Shown here piece by piece: positions 28,537 through 38,138 of a stretch of 64,000 nucleotides of DNA (position 1 is its first letter; the number at the start of each line of letters is the position of its first letter). Both the position numbers and the translations under genes were made by a program. Under the pieces are notes generated by a model that saw only the letters and a list, made by a program, of their open reading frames with translations, did no database searches and had not been told where the DNA came from. This stretch comes from Candidatus Latescibacterota bacterium (GTDB lineage Bacteria > Latescibacterota > UBA2968 > GCA-2709665): assembly GCA_965205485.1 (NCBI GenBank), contig OZ242180.1, positions 640,001 through 704,000 on the forward strand, in the 5' to 3' direction.

Positions 28537-28965
28537 TCAATCGGACTCCTCCGAAAAGGTCTCCTCGCCACGTTCTCTCTGTTTCCGTCTGATCTCCGTG
28601 ATGTCTTCGTCGGTCAATCGTTCATGGTCCGATACGATCGTCTTTTCGATGAATTTCAGTTTCAATTCACGCCTGGTGAGCCACTCCCAGCCGTCCGCGT
28701 TCGCGGCGTGGGGATGCGGATAGATATCCTCAGGGCCGATCTCCTCGGAAACAGTATAGAGAAACCCCGGTGTGACGCCATTGTGCTTCACCCGATAATC
28801 GTCAGACAGGAACTCCCCCGGGCAAACCCTGCTGACAAGCGAGGGTCTATGCGAAAACGCCTTAGCGAGGTCGCGGATCTGCGTGATCGAACTGCCAACG
28901 CGAAGTTCCGTCAACTTTTGCTGGGAACCATGGTACCATGTCTGACTGAAGTCACAATCTGACAT
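28537..28965 (-). CDS. Hypothetical protein, possible ADP-ribosyltransferase fold
   Basis: WYHGS near the N-terminus, GFLYTV, GWEWLT; GGAG-like SD upstream. Confidence 0.6.
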   Translation of the reverse strand: MSDCDFSQTWYHGSQQKLTELRVGSSITQIRDLAKAFSHRPSLVSRVCPGEFLSDDYRVKHNGVTPGFLYTVSEEIGPEDIYPHPHAANADGWEWLTRRELKLKFIEKTIVSDHERLTDEDITEIRRKQRERGEETFSEESD

Positions 28966-29053
28966 TAAAGTCCTCAACTCCCGAGTCGTACGGAAACCGC
29001 AATCAAAAACGCCGGATAAATCCTACATAAACCTCGTAAAATTAAACATTTGT

Positions 29054-29809
29054 CTATCTAGGCGCATCCACGTCCTTCTGCATCAGAAAGCCCGCGTCAC
29101 GGCGGTCACGACGATAGGTCGTACAGTACAGAATCCCGAAACCCGCCGCAGTCAGTTCCTCGCGATATCCCTCCATGCTCTGTGAGCGGCCCATCAGGAA
29201 TACACTCTTGCCATTCACGGCCTCCCAACGGTCTCCCTGGCGCTTCTGGAGAGGGACGCCGGACGTATTGGCGCCCGTCTTCCTGCAGAATTCGACGAAC
29301 GACCCCACCGGGCCCTCGCAGGCGTCCGGGTCATGCGAACCGAAAAGGATTAAATGACCTCCGTCCCGCATGGCCCGTCTCACGTTTCCAAGGTAGTCTT
29401 TCCTGTGCGCGTCGACAACCAGCATATTTAAGCAATAGCAGTCCAGGACGATGTCGAACCCGTATGCCGGCAAGGTATCCGGATCCAGCGCATTCGCAAC
29501 CTCGAATTTCGCACGTGCACCGGCTTCCGCACACCGCTGTCTTGCGCGTACGATGGCTACCTCCGAGATGTCGATACCCAGGTATCGATATCCCAGCCCG
29601 GCCAGGATGAGTCCGACCGTGCCGTCCCCGCATCCCACGTCCAGTATCCGGGTTTCCGGCGGCGAATGCGTGATTTTTCGGAGCATTCCCTCCAGGCGCC
29701 GAAGTACCCCCTGCGATCCCCCTTCACCAAGAAACGCCAGACCTTCTGCATACGCGACGCGATAGTTGTGATCGTATGCCTTATAGTACGACCTGTCGTC
29801 GAATTCCAT
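29054..29809 (-). CDS. Class I SAM-dependent methyltransferase
   Basis: ILDVGCGDG, GIDIS, FDIVLD. Confidence 0.85.
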   Translation of the reverse strand: MEFDDRSYYKAYDHNYRVAYAEGLAFLGEGGSQGVLRRLEGMLRKITHSPPETRILDVGCGDGTVGLILAGLGYRYLGIDISEVAIVRARQRCAEAGARAKFEVANALDPDTLPAYGFDIVLDCYCLNMLVVDAHRKDYLGNVRRAMRDGGHLILFGSHDPDACEGPVGSFVEFCRKTGANTSGVPLQKRQGDRWEAVNGKSVFLMGRSQSMEGYREELTAAGFGILYCTTYRRDRRDAGFLMQKDVDAPR

Positions 29810-29846
29810 ATGACATTCCGGTTGCCAACAGGCCAGCGTACGGAAC

Positions 29847-30125
29847 TCAGCCGCTTTTATCTATCCGAGAGTATGAGGTGGACACGCTCCTGTTCCCGAT
29901 GATCGCTGACAGAATTCCAAGGAACAGGGCCAGCTTCAGGGACGCAAACCACGAGATTTCACCCGCGATGAGCCCCTGTTCCACCGCACCGGGAAAGAGA
30001 TCTGGAATCGTCCACGCCCAGAGGATCTTGATGAGAAACAGGGCGGCAAAGATGAGCCCTGCCGCCAGAAGGAGAAATCCCTGAAGCGCTGCCGCGAGGC
30101 CCGCCGCGAGCCATCCCTTTTTCAT
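29847..30125 (-). CDS. Small membrane protein
   Basis: Two hydrophobic segments around LWAWTIPDLFPGAVEQGLI. Confidence 0.6.
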   Translation of the reverse strand: MKKGWLAAGLAAALQGFLLLAAGLIFAALFLIKILWAWTIPDLFPGAVEQGLIAGEISWFASLKLALFLGILSAIIGNRSVSTSYSRIDKSG

Positions 30126-30317
30126 ATTCGTCTCCGTTTGAAATGAGATCTGTCGAGATTTGCGGTTTACGATCCTGACTTCAACACAAAAGCGACCTCG
30201 ACGTGAGGCCGCTTCTTCTCTTCCCAATCCGGAATATCCGACCCTGGAGATCGGGCCAAATGGCTCATCCAGTTACCCTGTCTACGGAGTCGATCCGCGC
30301 CGCCTGCGGTGAGTCAC

Positions 30318-33300
30318 CTACAGCTCGACGGGTTTCAGGGAATGGGTACGGGATTCAAACTCACACCCGGTAAGCAACCTGGAAAGCGTGTTGGTCATCC
30401 GGACGACAATGCGGTTTTTCCCGGGTTTCAGCCATTCCGTCCTGGCCGTCCACTTGAACGGCGCCCATGCCCTCGTCCCGAGGGAGCGGCCGTTGATGGC
30501 CACCTCAACAATATCGGTAACGTCCTTGAGTTCCTCCTCGAGCGAGAAGACGAACTGATCGGACTCGGGGGGCTCGGCAAACGTCATATCCTTTGTATAC
30601 ACAACCGTGCCCGCATAATACGGCATTTTCTGATCGTCGAGTTCGCCTGGGAAACCACGGTCGACCGGAGCGACCATTCGCAGATTGTGGTTCAGCCAGC
30701 GCCTGACGCCGAATTTTCCGAAGAGATAGAAGGCGTCGACCAGGCCCTGATTGAGATCGTCGAGCTCCACCCGGATTGCAAGGACGTTCCTGCCGGTGTT
30801 TACGCGGCGCACAACCGCGCAGGTGACGTTGTTGTGGTCGTAACGAAACGTGGGACGGAAGGCCTTTCCCGGCAGGCGGACACCGTTCAGATAGATCTGG
30901 TAATCTCCCAGAATGGCGCTGCGGTCCATCACGAGTGAGAGCTTGGACGGCACGACGTCGGCTGAGAATGCCGTCCTGAACCAGCAGACCAGTGGAAACT
31001 CGATGCCCGGACCCGCCTTCTTGCCCGGGCCGGCGCTATTGAACGTAAAGGGCAGGCCGGAAAGGGACGGTAGATCGCCGATCTGTTCAACCACCGGTTT
31101 GGGAGTTACGGACGTCCAGCGGTTGTCTCTGTAGCCGGGTTTGTGCCAGCCCTGTTCGATCCCCTTGTTCTGCGGATCGAGTTGCATCTGGAACCTGTCC
31201 ATACGCAGACAGTTGTCCTCTTCGGCATCGACTTTCCACGCGCCATTCGCGTCGGGACGCAAAACGACCGCCGTTTCCGATTCCGGCAGCGACTGGGGTT
31301 TGTCTTCCGTTACGACGATCAGGTGGGATTGCAAGCGATCGAAGTTGAGATTGAACTTTAACCGATCGGCGTCCCGCTCCGTCGTCAGCGGGGTCCGGCG
31401 GCCGGTTTCCAGGTCCCAACGTTCCACCTTTCGCCGATGAGACGCCACACGTACCGCGACCCTGGACGTGAAGGCGTTTTGGTCCGTATTCGTAAAGAAA
31501 AACAGATCTCCGTTTGACGTTTCTCTCCTCTGCGACATAACCGCCGACCCGTTCTTCTTGTCGGTCTCCACGATCACGTCGGGAGGAAGGATTCGGTGGA
31601 GTAGATCGGCCAGCATTCGCGCGCCGCGGTTCTTTTCGACGGAGCCCCCTGTTCTGATAAAGTAGAGGTCGCCTCTCTGAATGAGATGTACGCCCAGTTC
31701 GTGGCCGATGTAGTCGCGCCTCATTCTTCCGGGTTCCATGTCGGTCAGGCGGGAGAATGCCTCCACGACCGAGGGGCCTTCCTGGATGTCTTCGATGGGA
31801 AGCAGGCCGAGACAGATGACTTTGCCGCCTGCATTGATAAACTCCCGGATGCGCTCAAACGCGTCTCGCTCCAGGTTTGTAATGGGCGGCACGATGAGCA
31901 CATCGTAGCTGGCTGCCTCGGTCTGAAGTCGGCTTCCGGCAACGCGCGCCGCCGCCAGGGTTTCCGGATCCAGGGAGTCGAAATCGCGCTGCATCTGGCA
32001 AAGGGACTCGATGAGATACGCCCAATCCGAAGCGAGACGATCGGTAAGCTTGGCCTCGTCATCATCGTATCCGATGTATTCCCAACCGAGGCCCGGACTG
32101 CCGAGGTGCGCCCAAAGGCTCGTTACCGGATCGAGAAGGGCCAGATTGGCTCTTCGGCGTCCCTGGCTGAGGGCGTACGAGAGACGGCCGGCGTAGTCCG
32201 CGAGCAGCCGGAAATGTTTCCAGTAGGGGTTCTGGTGAAAAATCGACGGCGGACTGTGGTGCTTGCGCAGTCCGTCGAGGGTGTAGGACAATCCCCGTGC
32301 ATGAAACAGGTTGGCGCCGAGGGCGCCCATCCGGTCAATCGTCCACTTCATATCCTGGAGCGTCAGCGACCACCCGGTATCCTTGAAACACGTGTTGAAC
32401 GCGCGGCCACCGTCGTGGACGGATACGGAGAACCTCGGGTTTCGACGGTAAGCGGCGGCGTGCGCGTCCCGGTCTCTGAATCCGCCGATCTTTTCCCCGC
32501 CTCCGCAGGTACCGGGAATGTGGACGTGTCTCCTGTGGGCGTTTCTGAAGACCGTCACGTCGGACGCATGCAGCACATTGTGTTTCGCGCACCACGTCTC
32601 GAATGCCTTATGGAAATTGTCTCTGAGCATCTCACTCAGCGTCTGGAAGTAGTCGTACCGGATCCGGGCCGTATTCGGACCGAAATAGGTCATCAGCGCG
32701 GGCAGACAGTTGAGGAGGTCATACTGGTTGCGCTCCCGGAATACCCGGGGCAATGTCGGAGACCAGGGCCATCTGCCCGGTATGGAAAACGCCTCGGTGG
32801 TCAGAATGCCCTGGATCACGCCGCCAAAGCTGTCCGACAGCCCGCCGGCGTACCGTCCGTGGGTGGTCTCGAGATAACAGGCCACGGCTTCGGCGTTGAA
32901 TGGATCGAAGTGGATACCATGGGGTTCTTCAGCATCGCTTTCCCTCTGGATGAAGACAAGCACCCTCCAGCGTCCCGGCGGCGCCTTCCAGAACAGGCGA
33001 TGCGTGAGATGGCGGGCGAGAAATCTCTTGTTGTGGTATCGCCCGTCGGCAGCGTGTTCCCGGTAGATCTCCTGTCGCTGGTTCGCACCGATGTACTCTC
33101 CGATGTCCTCAACACTCTCCCACAGGCACCGGTCGCGTTTGAGCGGCACTGCCAGGGCGCGCAAAACGGTGCCCCACGGCAGTTCCATGTCGACCTGCTG
33201 GCCTCCCTGAACCGTGATCTCATCGAAGGTAAGGTGCTGACCGCGATAATGGGGATGGCCCAACGATACCTGGCCGCCGCTGATCGCGTGCGGGTGGGGA

Positions 33301-33560
33301 AACTCATCGTGCAGCCAGACCTGAAGTCCGCACTCCCTGGCGGTTTCGACCGCCAGCCGGACCCGATCGAACCAGACCCTGGAAAGGTACGGTATTCGAA
33401 GCCCCGGCCCCGGAGAAAGACAGAAACCCCCCAGGCCCTTTTCGCTCATCTCCCGGATCTGGCGCACGATCTCACCCTCCTCGATCGTGCTGTTCCACGC
33501 CCAGGAAGGCAGGACCCGATATGGCGCCGGAGGATTCAGGAATGTGCTGGTGTCCATCAT
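30318..33560 (-). CDS. Large glycoside hydrolase (GH106-like with C-terminal sugar-binding domains)
   Basis: FLNPP..YR..P.WAWN, GLGGF, WLHDE, RIRYDY, YYAGTVVY, RAWAPF. The usual TDEP motif reads TTEA. Confidence 0.75.
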   Translation of the reverse strand: MMDTSTFLNPPAPYRVLPSWAWNSTIEEGEIVRQIREMSEKGLGGFCLSPGPGLRIPYLSRVWFDRVRLAVETARECGLQVWLHDEFPHPHAISGGQVSLGHPHYRGQHLTFDEITVQGGQQVDMELPWGTVLRALAVPLKRDRCLWESVEDIGEYIGANQRQEIYREHAADGRYHNKRFLARHLTHRLFWKAPPGRWRVLVFIQRESDAEEPHGIHFDPFNAEAVACYLETTHGRYAGGLSDSFGGVIQGILTTEAFSIPGRWPWSPTLPRVFRERNQYDLLNCLPALMTYFGPNTARIRYDYFQTLSEMLRDNFHKAFETWCAKHNVLHASDVTVFRNAHRRHVHIPGTCGGGEKIGGFRDRDAHAAAYRRNPRFSVSVHDGGRAFNTCFKDTGWSLTLQDMKWTIDRMGALGANLFHARGLSYTLDGLRKHHSPPSIFHQNPYWKHFRLLADYAGRLSYALSQGRRRANLALLDPVTSLWAHLGSPGLGWEYIGYDDDEAKLTDRLASDWAYLIESLCQMQRDFDSLDPETLAAARVAGSRLQTEAASYDVLIVPPITNLERDAFERIREFINAGGKVICLGLLPIEDIQEGPSVVEAFSRLTDMEPGRMRRDYIGHELGVHLIQRGDLYFIRTGGSVEKNRGARMLADLLHRILPPDVIVETDKKNGSAVMSQRRETSNGDLFFFTNTDQNAFTSRVAVRVASHRRKVERWDLETGRRTPLTTERDADRLKFNLNFDRLQSHLIVVTEDKPQSLPESETAVVLRPDANGAWKVDAEEDNCLRMDRFQMQLDPQNKGIEQGWHKPGYRDNRWTSVTPKPVVEQIGDLPSLSGLPFTFNSAGPGKKAGPGIEFPLVCWFRTAFSADVVPSKLSLVMDRSAILGDYQIYLNGVRLPGKAFRPTFRYDHNNVTCAVVRRVNTGRNVLAIRVELDDLNQGLVDAFYLFGKFGVRRWLNHNLRMVAPVDRGFPGELDDQKMPYYAGTVVYTKDMTFAEPPESDQFVFSLEEELKDVTDIVEVAINGRSLGTRAWAPFKWTARTEWLKPGKNRIVVRMTNTLSRLLTGCEFESRTHSLKPVEL

Positions 33561-33592
33561 GCGGCTGTCCGGTTGAGGAAGCGCCCGTCGGC

Positions 33593-33838
33593 TTAAGAAG
33601 CTGTCGCACAGGTTTCACACAGATACGTTACCGTCCGATAGCGTTCCGCGAGGCGGGTGAGCTTGATCCGTCCTTCATTCTCTCCGCAGCGCTCGCAGGG
33701 ACGCTCCAGGCCGGTATTCGACCGGTCCGCAGCCAACGCTTCGCAGACTTCGCAACGATATGTGACCTGTTTCTCGCCATTCAGAACCCGGGTGGAGACC
33801 CGTGTGGCGGTACGCGTTTTACACGTTTCACAGAGCAC
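33593..33838 (-). CDS. Small protein made of two McsA-N-terminal-like zinc fingers
   Basis: MLCETCKTRTAT...TRVLNGEKQVTYRCEVC, then CERCGENEG...TVTYLCETCA; GTG start. Confidence 0.7.
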   Translation of the reverse strand: MLCETCKTRTATRVSTRVLNGEKQVTYRCEVCEALAADRSNTGLERPCERCGENEGRIKLTRLAERYRTVTYLCETCATAS

Positions 33839-33905
33839 CTGTCAAGGCTTCTCCGGAAGCTGACGCTGCGCGAAATTCGACTCTGTCGATATTTCAAAGA
33901 AATGT

Positions 33906-33933
33906 AATGTACAATTTAACGCAAAAAAGTCAA
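33906..33933 (-). promoter_or_regulatory. Putative sigma70 promoter of the zinc-finger/GH unit
   Basis: Minus strand TTGACT-16 bp-TACATT in an AT-rich island. Confidence 0.45.
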
Positions 33934-34187
33934 GTCAAAGCGTAATTCAACAAATTTTATTATTTGTTTTTACGCTATTTATGAATAATCGGATTTCGTT
34001 CTCACGGATCTGCGCACGCACGCCCGGCGCCGGTGCGTTCTTCATGTCCCCGGACATTTGAATTCCCTTGACTGTTGCGATTAAGTGTTTGTTTTTTAAC
34101 GTGGAGCAACCGCATCGAACCGCATTTGCAGTCGCAGGTCGGAAGTTGTGGTCTCACGACCTTTTTTTTATTATACTTGACGTCCAA

Positions 34188-34784
34188 ATGAAAAAACGCA
34201 TCTGCGCGCTGGTGCCGGCTGCCGGATTGTCGACGCGTATGGGGTCTCCCAAACAGCTGCTGCCGTTTGGCGAAAAGACAGTACTTCAGACCGTGGTGGA
34301 TACGCTGCTGGAAGCCGATCTGGATGGCATCCTGGTCGTGCTCGGTCACCGGGCGGATGCCGTGCGGGAAAGCCTGGCCGGTCGCCCGGTATCGTTTCAT
34401 CTGAATCCCGATTATCGCAAGGGCATGTTTTCGAGTATCCTGTGCGGGCTTTCCGTCCTGGAGAAATCGACGGACGCCGCTCTGATCGCCCTGGGGGATC
34501 AGCCGAACGTCCGTGCGAGCGTGGTCAGGAAGGTGGCAGCGGCGTATCGGAACGGCAACAAGGGGATCGTCGTTCCGGTTTACCGTGGAAGACGAGGGCA
34601 TCCGGCCCTGGTGGATCTGGGTCGTTATTTTTGCGAGATCCGGTCTCTGGCCGGCGAGGAGGGGCTGAAACCCGTCATGCGGGGGCACCCGGGTGACACG
34701 CGGGAGGTGGAGGTGGAGGACGGCGGCGTCCTGAGGGATATCGATACGCCGGAGGAATACCGGGCGGAACTGGATCGACTCTGA
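34188..34784 (+). CDS. MocA/MobA-like nucleotidyltransferase
   Basis: AAGLSTRMGSPKQLL, NPDYRKGMFSSI, LGDQP, RRGHP, DIDTPEEY. Confidence 0.85.
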   Translation: MKKRICALVPAAGLSTRMGSPKQLLPFGEKTVLQTVVDTLLEADLDGILVVLGHRADAVRESLAGRPVSFHLNPDYRKGMFSSILCGLSVLEKSTDAALIALGDQPNVRASVVRKVAAAYRNGNKGIVVPVYRGRRGHPALVDLGRYFCEIRSLAGEEGLKPVMRGHPGDTREVEVEDGGVLRDIDTPEEYRAELDRL

Positions 34785-34817
34785 CCGACGACGCATTCAA
34801 CGCCGTCCGGAACCGGT

Positions 34818-35645
34818 CTACGCGGGAGAAAGCTGCGCCCCGCCGTCTACACGCAGGATCTGGCCGCTCACGAAGCTTGCCAGCGGCGAAACGAAGAACT
34901 GCACGGCACGCGCGATCTCATCCGGATAAGCGTAACGGATCAGCGTGGGCCGGTTCATTGCGTCCAAAAATTCCGGGTCCGCCTGACCCGTGGCAAGAAA
35001 ACGGCCGCTTGGGGAGTCGCCCGGCGCAACCATGTTCACGGTGATGTTGTGCTGGCGGAGTTGGGCTGCCAGGCAACGGGTATAGTGGGTCTGCGCCGCC
35101 TTGGCCGTGGCGTAAACGGGGCCTCCTCCGGGCTCGCCGGTAAAGCTGTCCACCGAACCGATGTTGACAATTCTGCCTCCCCCGCGTTGAATCATGCCCG
35201 GAACGACCGCGCGGCAGCAGTGCAGGGTCGTGTCGAAGTTTCTCTTGAACACGGCCTCGATATCTTCCAGCGGGATACCGATCGTATCGTTAGGATTCGG
35301 TTTGCCGCCCGCCGCGGCGATGTCACCTCCGGCGTTGTTGACCAGAATGTCGATCGGACCGAGTTCGGATTCAATGCGTTCAACGGTTGCCTTAACCTGC
35401 AGGGGATCCGATACGTCGGCGAATACGGTGATCACCGCGTTGCCCGTTTTCGCGATTTCCCGCGCCGCGTGAGTCGTGGAGGGGGCTTCGCCGAACTCGG
35501 CCGCGGTCCGGTCGGATCTTGCGTGAACGACCATCGAGGCGCCGCAATGGGAAAGACGTTCAGCAATTGCCCGGCCAAGGCCCCGCGCGGACGCCGTGAC
35601 CCAGGCGACTTTGCCGGCCAGTAGTTCAGGATTTACGTATTCCAT
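34818..35645 (-). CDS. SDR oxidoreductase
   Basis: TASARGLG, LVNNAG, YATAK. Confidence 0.9.
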   Translation of the reverse strand: MEYVNPELLAGKVAWVTASARGLGRAIAERLSHCGASMVVHARSDRTAAEFGEAPSTTHAAREIAKTGNAVITVFADVSDPLQVKATVERIESELGPIDILVNNAGGDIAAAGGKPNPNDTIGIPLEDIEAVFKRNFDTTLHCCRAVVPGMIQRGGGRIVNIGSVDSFTGEPGGGPVYATAKAAQTHYTRCLAAQLRQHNITVNMVAPGDSPSGRFLATGQADPEFLDAMNRPTLIRYAYPDEIARAVQFFVSPLASFVSGQILRVDGGAQLSPA

Positions 35646-35874
35646 ACAGTTGTGACCTCCGTATGTGACAGCGAGTCTCGCAACTCGGATCAATGGCGTC
35701 ATGTCCCGATCAGATGCTCCGGCGCGACAGGCGGCCGATCGTCCGGAAAAGATACACCGCCCGCGTGTTTCGGACAAGCCTGGGTGAACCGGTGGCGACG
35801 CATCGCATTCGGGCCGGCGGCGGCGCCAGGGGAACCTCATAACAGTTTGGCATAAGCTCCTGGAGGATTCGTCT

Positions 35875-36918
35875 ATGGGCCATCGGAATATCGGTTTTGC
35901 AATGATCGGATGCGGCGTGGTCGCGGACTATCACATCGGCGCCGTGCAGGATACCGACGGGGCGGAACTGGTCGCCGTATACAGTCGAAGCGAATCACGC
36001 GCCAGGAGTACTGGAGAAGCGCACGGCGTGCCCTGGTTTACCGATCACGAAGCCATTCTCCGCCAGCCGGAAGTGGATGTGGTCTGTGTCTGCACGCCCA
36101 GCGGCGTCCGCATTCCAATCGTGACGGACGCGGCTGATGCGGGAAAGCATCTGATCGTGGAAAAGCCTCTGGATGTATCCATAGAGAATATGGATAGGAT
36201 CATCCGAGCCGCGGCCGTCGCGGACGTGAAGCTCATGGGGGTATTCCAGTTGCGGTATGGTCAGGCGGTCAACAGGGTGCGTGACGCCGTGCAGACCGGC
36301 GCTCTCGGCAAAATGGTGCTGGCTGACGCCTATATAAAATGGTTCAGGCCACAGGCTTACTACGATGCGGACGACTGGCGGGGCAATTGGGCGATGGAGG
36401 GCGGCGGGGCGCTGATGACGCAGGGCAGCCACACCGTGGATCTGCTCCAGTGGATTATGGGACCCGTTAAACGCGTCTATGCCAGAATGGGTACATTGAT
36501 CCACGACATCGAAGTGGAAGATACGGTGGTTGCCACGCTGGAATACGAAAACGGAGCGCTGGGTGTGATTGAGGCGTCTTCCGCGGCGTACCCCGGATTG
36601 CCGGCACGGATGGAGTTTTCCGGAGACCGGGGTACGGTTGTTGTGGAAGCGGACCAGATAGCCAAATGGGACGTCGAGGGCGAGAGCGTGGAGGAGTCGG
36701 CGGCGGACACGACGGACGTGGCCAGGGCGGCATCGGATTCGAAGACCTTCGGAACGGAGGGACACAAGGCGCAGATCGCGGAGATGGTTCGTATTCTGAA
36801 TGAAGGCGGTGAACCGGAAATCGACGGGCCGGAGTCGAAACGGGCGATCGAAATCATCCTGGCGATATACGAGTCCGCCAGGTCGGGCAATCCCGTGACG
36901 CTGCCTTTCCGCGGGTGA
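35875..36918 (+). CDS. Gfo/Idh/MocA oxidoreductase
   Basis: IGCG, TPSG, EKPL, GGGALMTQGSHTVD. Confidence 0.9.
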   Translation: MGHRNIGFAMIGCGVVADYHIGAVQDTDGAELVAVYSRSESRARSTGEAHGVPWFTDHEAILRQPEVDVVCVCTPSGVRIPIVTDAADAGKHLIVEKPLDVSIENMDRIIRAAAVADVKLMGVFQLRYGQAVNRVRDAVQTGALGKMVLADAYIKWFRPQAYYDADDWRGNWAMEGGGALMTQGSHTVDLLQWIMGPVKRVYARMGTLIHDIEVEDTVVATLEYENGALGVIEASSAAYPGLPARMEFSGDRGTVVVEADQIAKWDVEGESVEESAADTTDVARAASDSKTFGTEGHKAQIAEMVRILNEGGEPEIDGPESKRAIEIILAIYESARSGNPVTLPFRG

Positions 36919-36923
36919 ACGAG

Positions 36924-37083
36924 CAGTCCGTTGATAAAGTCGCTCTGCAGGCGAGGCCGAGCCATTGTGGGCGAAGACTAGGCGCGCGACCGAGTCCCAT
37001 CCCTCGATTCGGCGAGGGAGCGCAACGCAGTATTTCGACCGCAAGGGCCGGCCGCAGACCGGATGGGCTTTTTCAACGGGCTG
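36924..37083. mobile_element. MITE family A, copy 3 (160 bp)
   Basis: Same terminal repeats, flanks CGAG/CCAG; longest copy. Confidence 0.8.
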
Positions 37084-37114
37084 CCAGGATTTTTCAATCT
37101 ACCGGGAGCGTTTT

Positions 37115-38104
37115 ATGGAGCCGATCAAGATTGTGGTGACCGACTATATCGAACCCGACCTGAAATGGGAAGTGGAGGAGCTCCGGAAATACGGGCACGT
37201 CACCTTCGAATATCATCAGCTTAAATTCCTGCCGGAGTCCGAACTGATCGAAAAGATCGTCGACGCGGATATGATTCTGGTGAATATGGTGAAGATGACC
37301 GAGGGCGTGATCAATCAGCTGGAAAGGTGCAAGCTGATCCTGAGGCACGGCGTCGGCTACGACAACGTGGACGTGGGCGCTGCCACGAAGAAGGGAATCC
37401 GCGTCGCCTACGAGCCGGACTATTGTTCGGACGAGGTGGCTGAACACGCCATTACGCTGATGTTGTCCGGTTGGCGCAAGCTGAACGTGGGACGCAGGAT
37501 TCTGGAGGCTTCGAGTCGGAACGGAATCTGGGATTTCACCGAGGTCTATCCGGTCTATTCCGTCAAGGGCAAGACTGTGGGTATTATCGGATGCGGCCGG
37601 ATCGGCAGCCTGACGCTTCGGAAACTGGCCGGGTTCGAGGTGAATATCCTGGTCTGCGATCCGTATCTGTCCGAAGAACGCCAGAAGGAACTGGGTGTGC
37701 GGGTGGTGGAACTCGAAACGGTACTCAATGAAGCCGATATGATTACGGTTCACGCGTCGCTCGACGATGATTCGTATCATCTTATCGGCGAGAGCGAGCT
37801 CCGGGCGATGAAATCCCACGCCTATCTGGTGAATACAGCCAGGGGCGGTCTGGTGGACGCGGATGCGCTTGCCCGGGCCCTCAGAGAGGGCTGGATCGCC
37901 GGGGCGGCCGTCGACGTATACGAGCAGGAGCCGCCCGATCCTGAAATGGACCTGTTCAATCTCGAGAATGCGCTCCTGGCGCCGCACCTCGCGTGGTATT
38001 CGGAAGAGGCGAACTGGAGCATGCGAGAAAAGGTGATGGAGGACTTTGTGCGATTCATAGAAGGGCGTCCGCCACGGTTCCTGATCAACAAGGAACTCGA
38101 ATAG
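37115..38104 (+). CDS. D-2-hydroxyacid dehydrogenase (CtBP/SerA-like)
   Basis: GVGYDNVD, GIIGCGRIG, VNTARG, APHLAWYS; start moved to MEPIK because the ORF extension lies in the MITE. Confidence 0.9.
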   Translation: MEPIKIVVTDYIEPDLKWEVEELRKYGHVTFEYHQLKFLPESELIEKIVDADMILVNMVKMTEGVINQLERCKLILRHGVGYDNVDVGAATKKGIRVAYEPDYCSDEVAEHAITLMLSGWRKLNVGRRILEASSRNGIWDFTEVYPVYSVKGKTVGIIGCGRIGSLTLRKLAGFEVNILVCDPYLSEERQKELGVRVVELETVLNEADMITVHASLDDDSYHLIGESELRAMKSHAYLVNTARGGLVDADALARALREGWIAGAAVDVYEQEPPDPEMDLFNLENALLAPHLAWYSEEANWSMREKVMEDFVRFIEGRPPRFLINKELE

Positions 38105-38138
38105 GCGGATGCCGAATTAATCTGTCGGGAGATCCGAA

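Noticed and set aside
20834..30125. Integron cassette array
   Set aside because: Genes are co-oriented, but I saw no integrase and no RYYYAAC...GTTRRRY attC pattern in the spacers I inspected.
31686..33596. 636-aa plus-strand ORF and other long antisense ORFs (e.g. 17524-18864, 52557-53753, 10585-11532)
   Set aside because: They are shadows of well-supported genes on the opposite strand, expected at high GC, and carry no recognisable motifs.
33926..33940. CtsR box upstream of the McsA-like gene
   Set aside because: AGTCAAGTCAAA has a 5-bp period, not the RGTCAAA-NAN-RGTCAAA heptad spacing.
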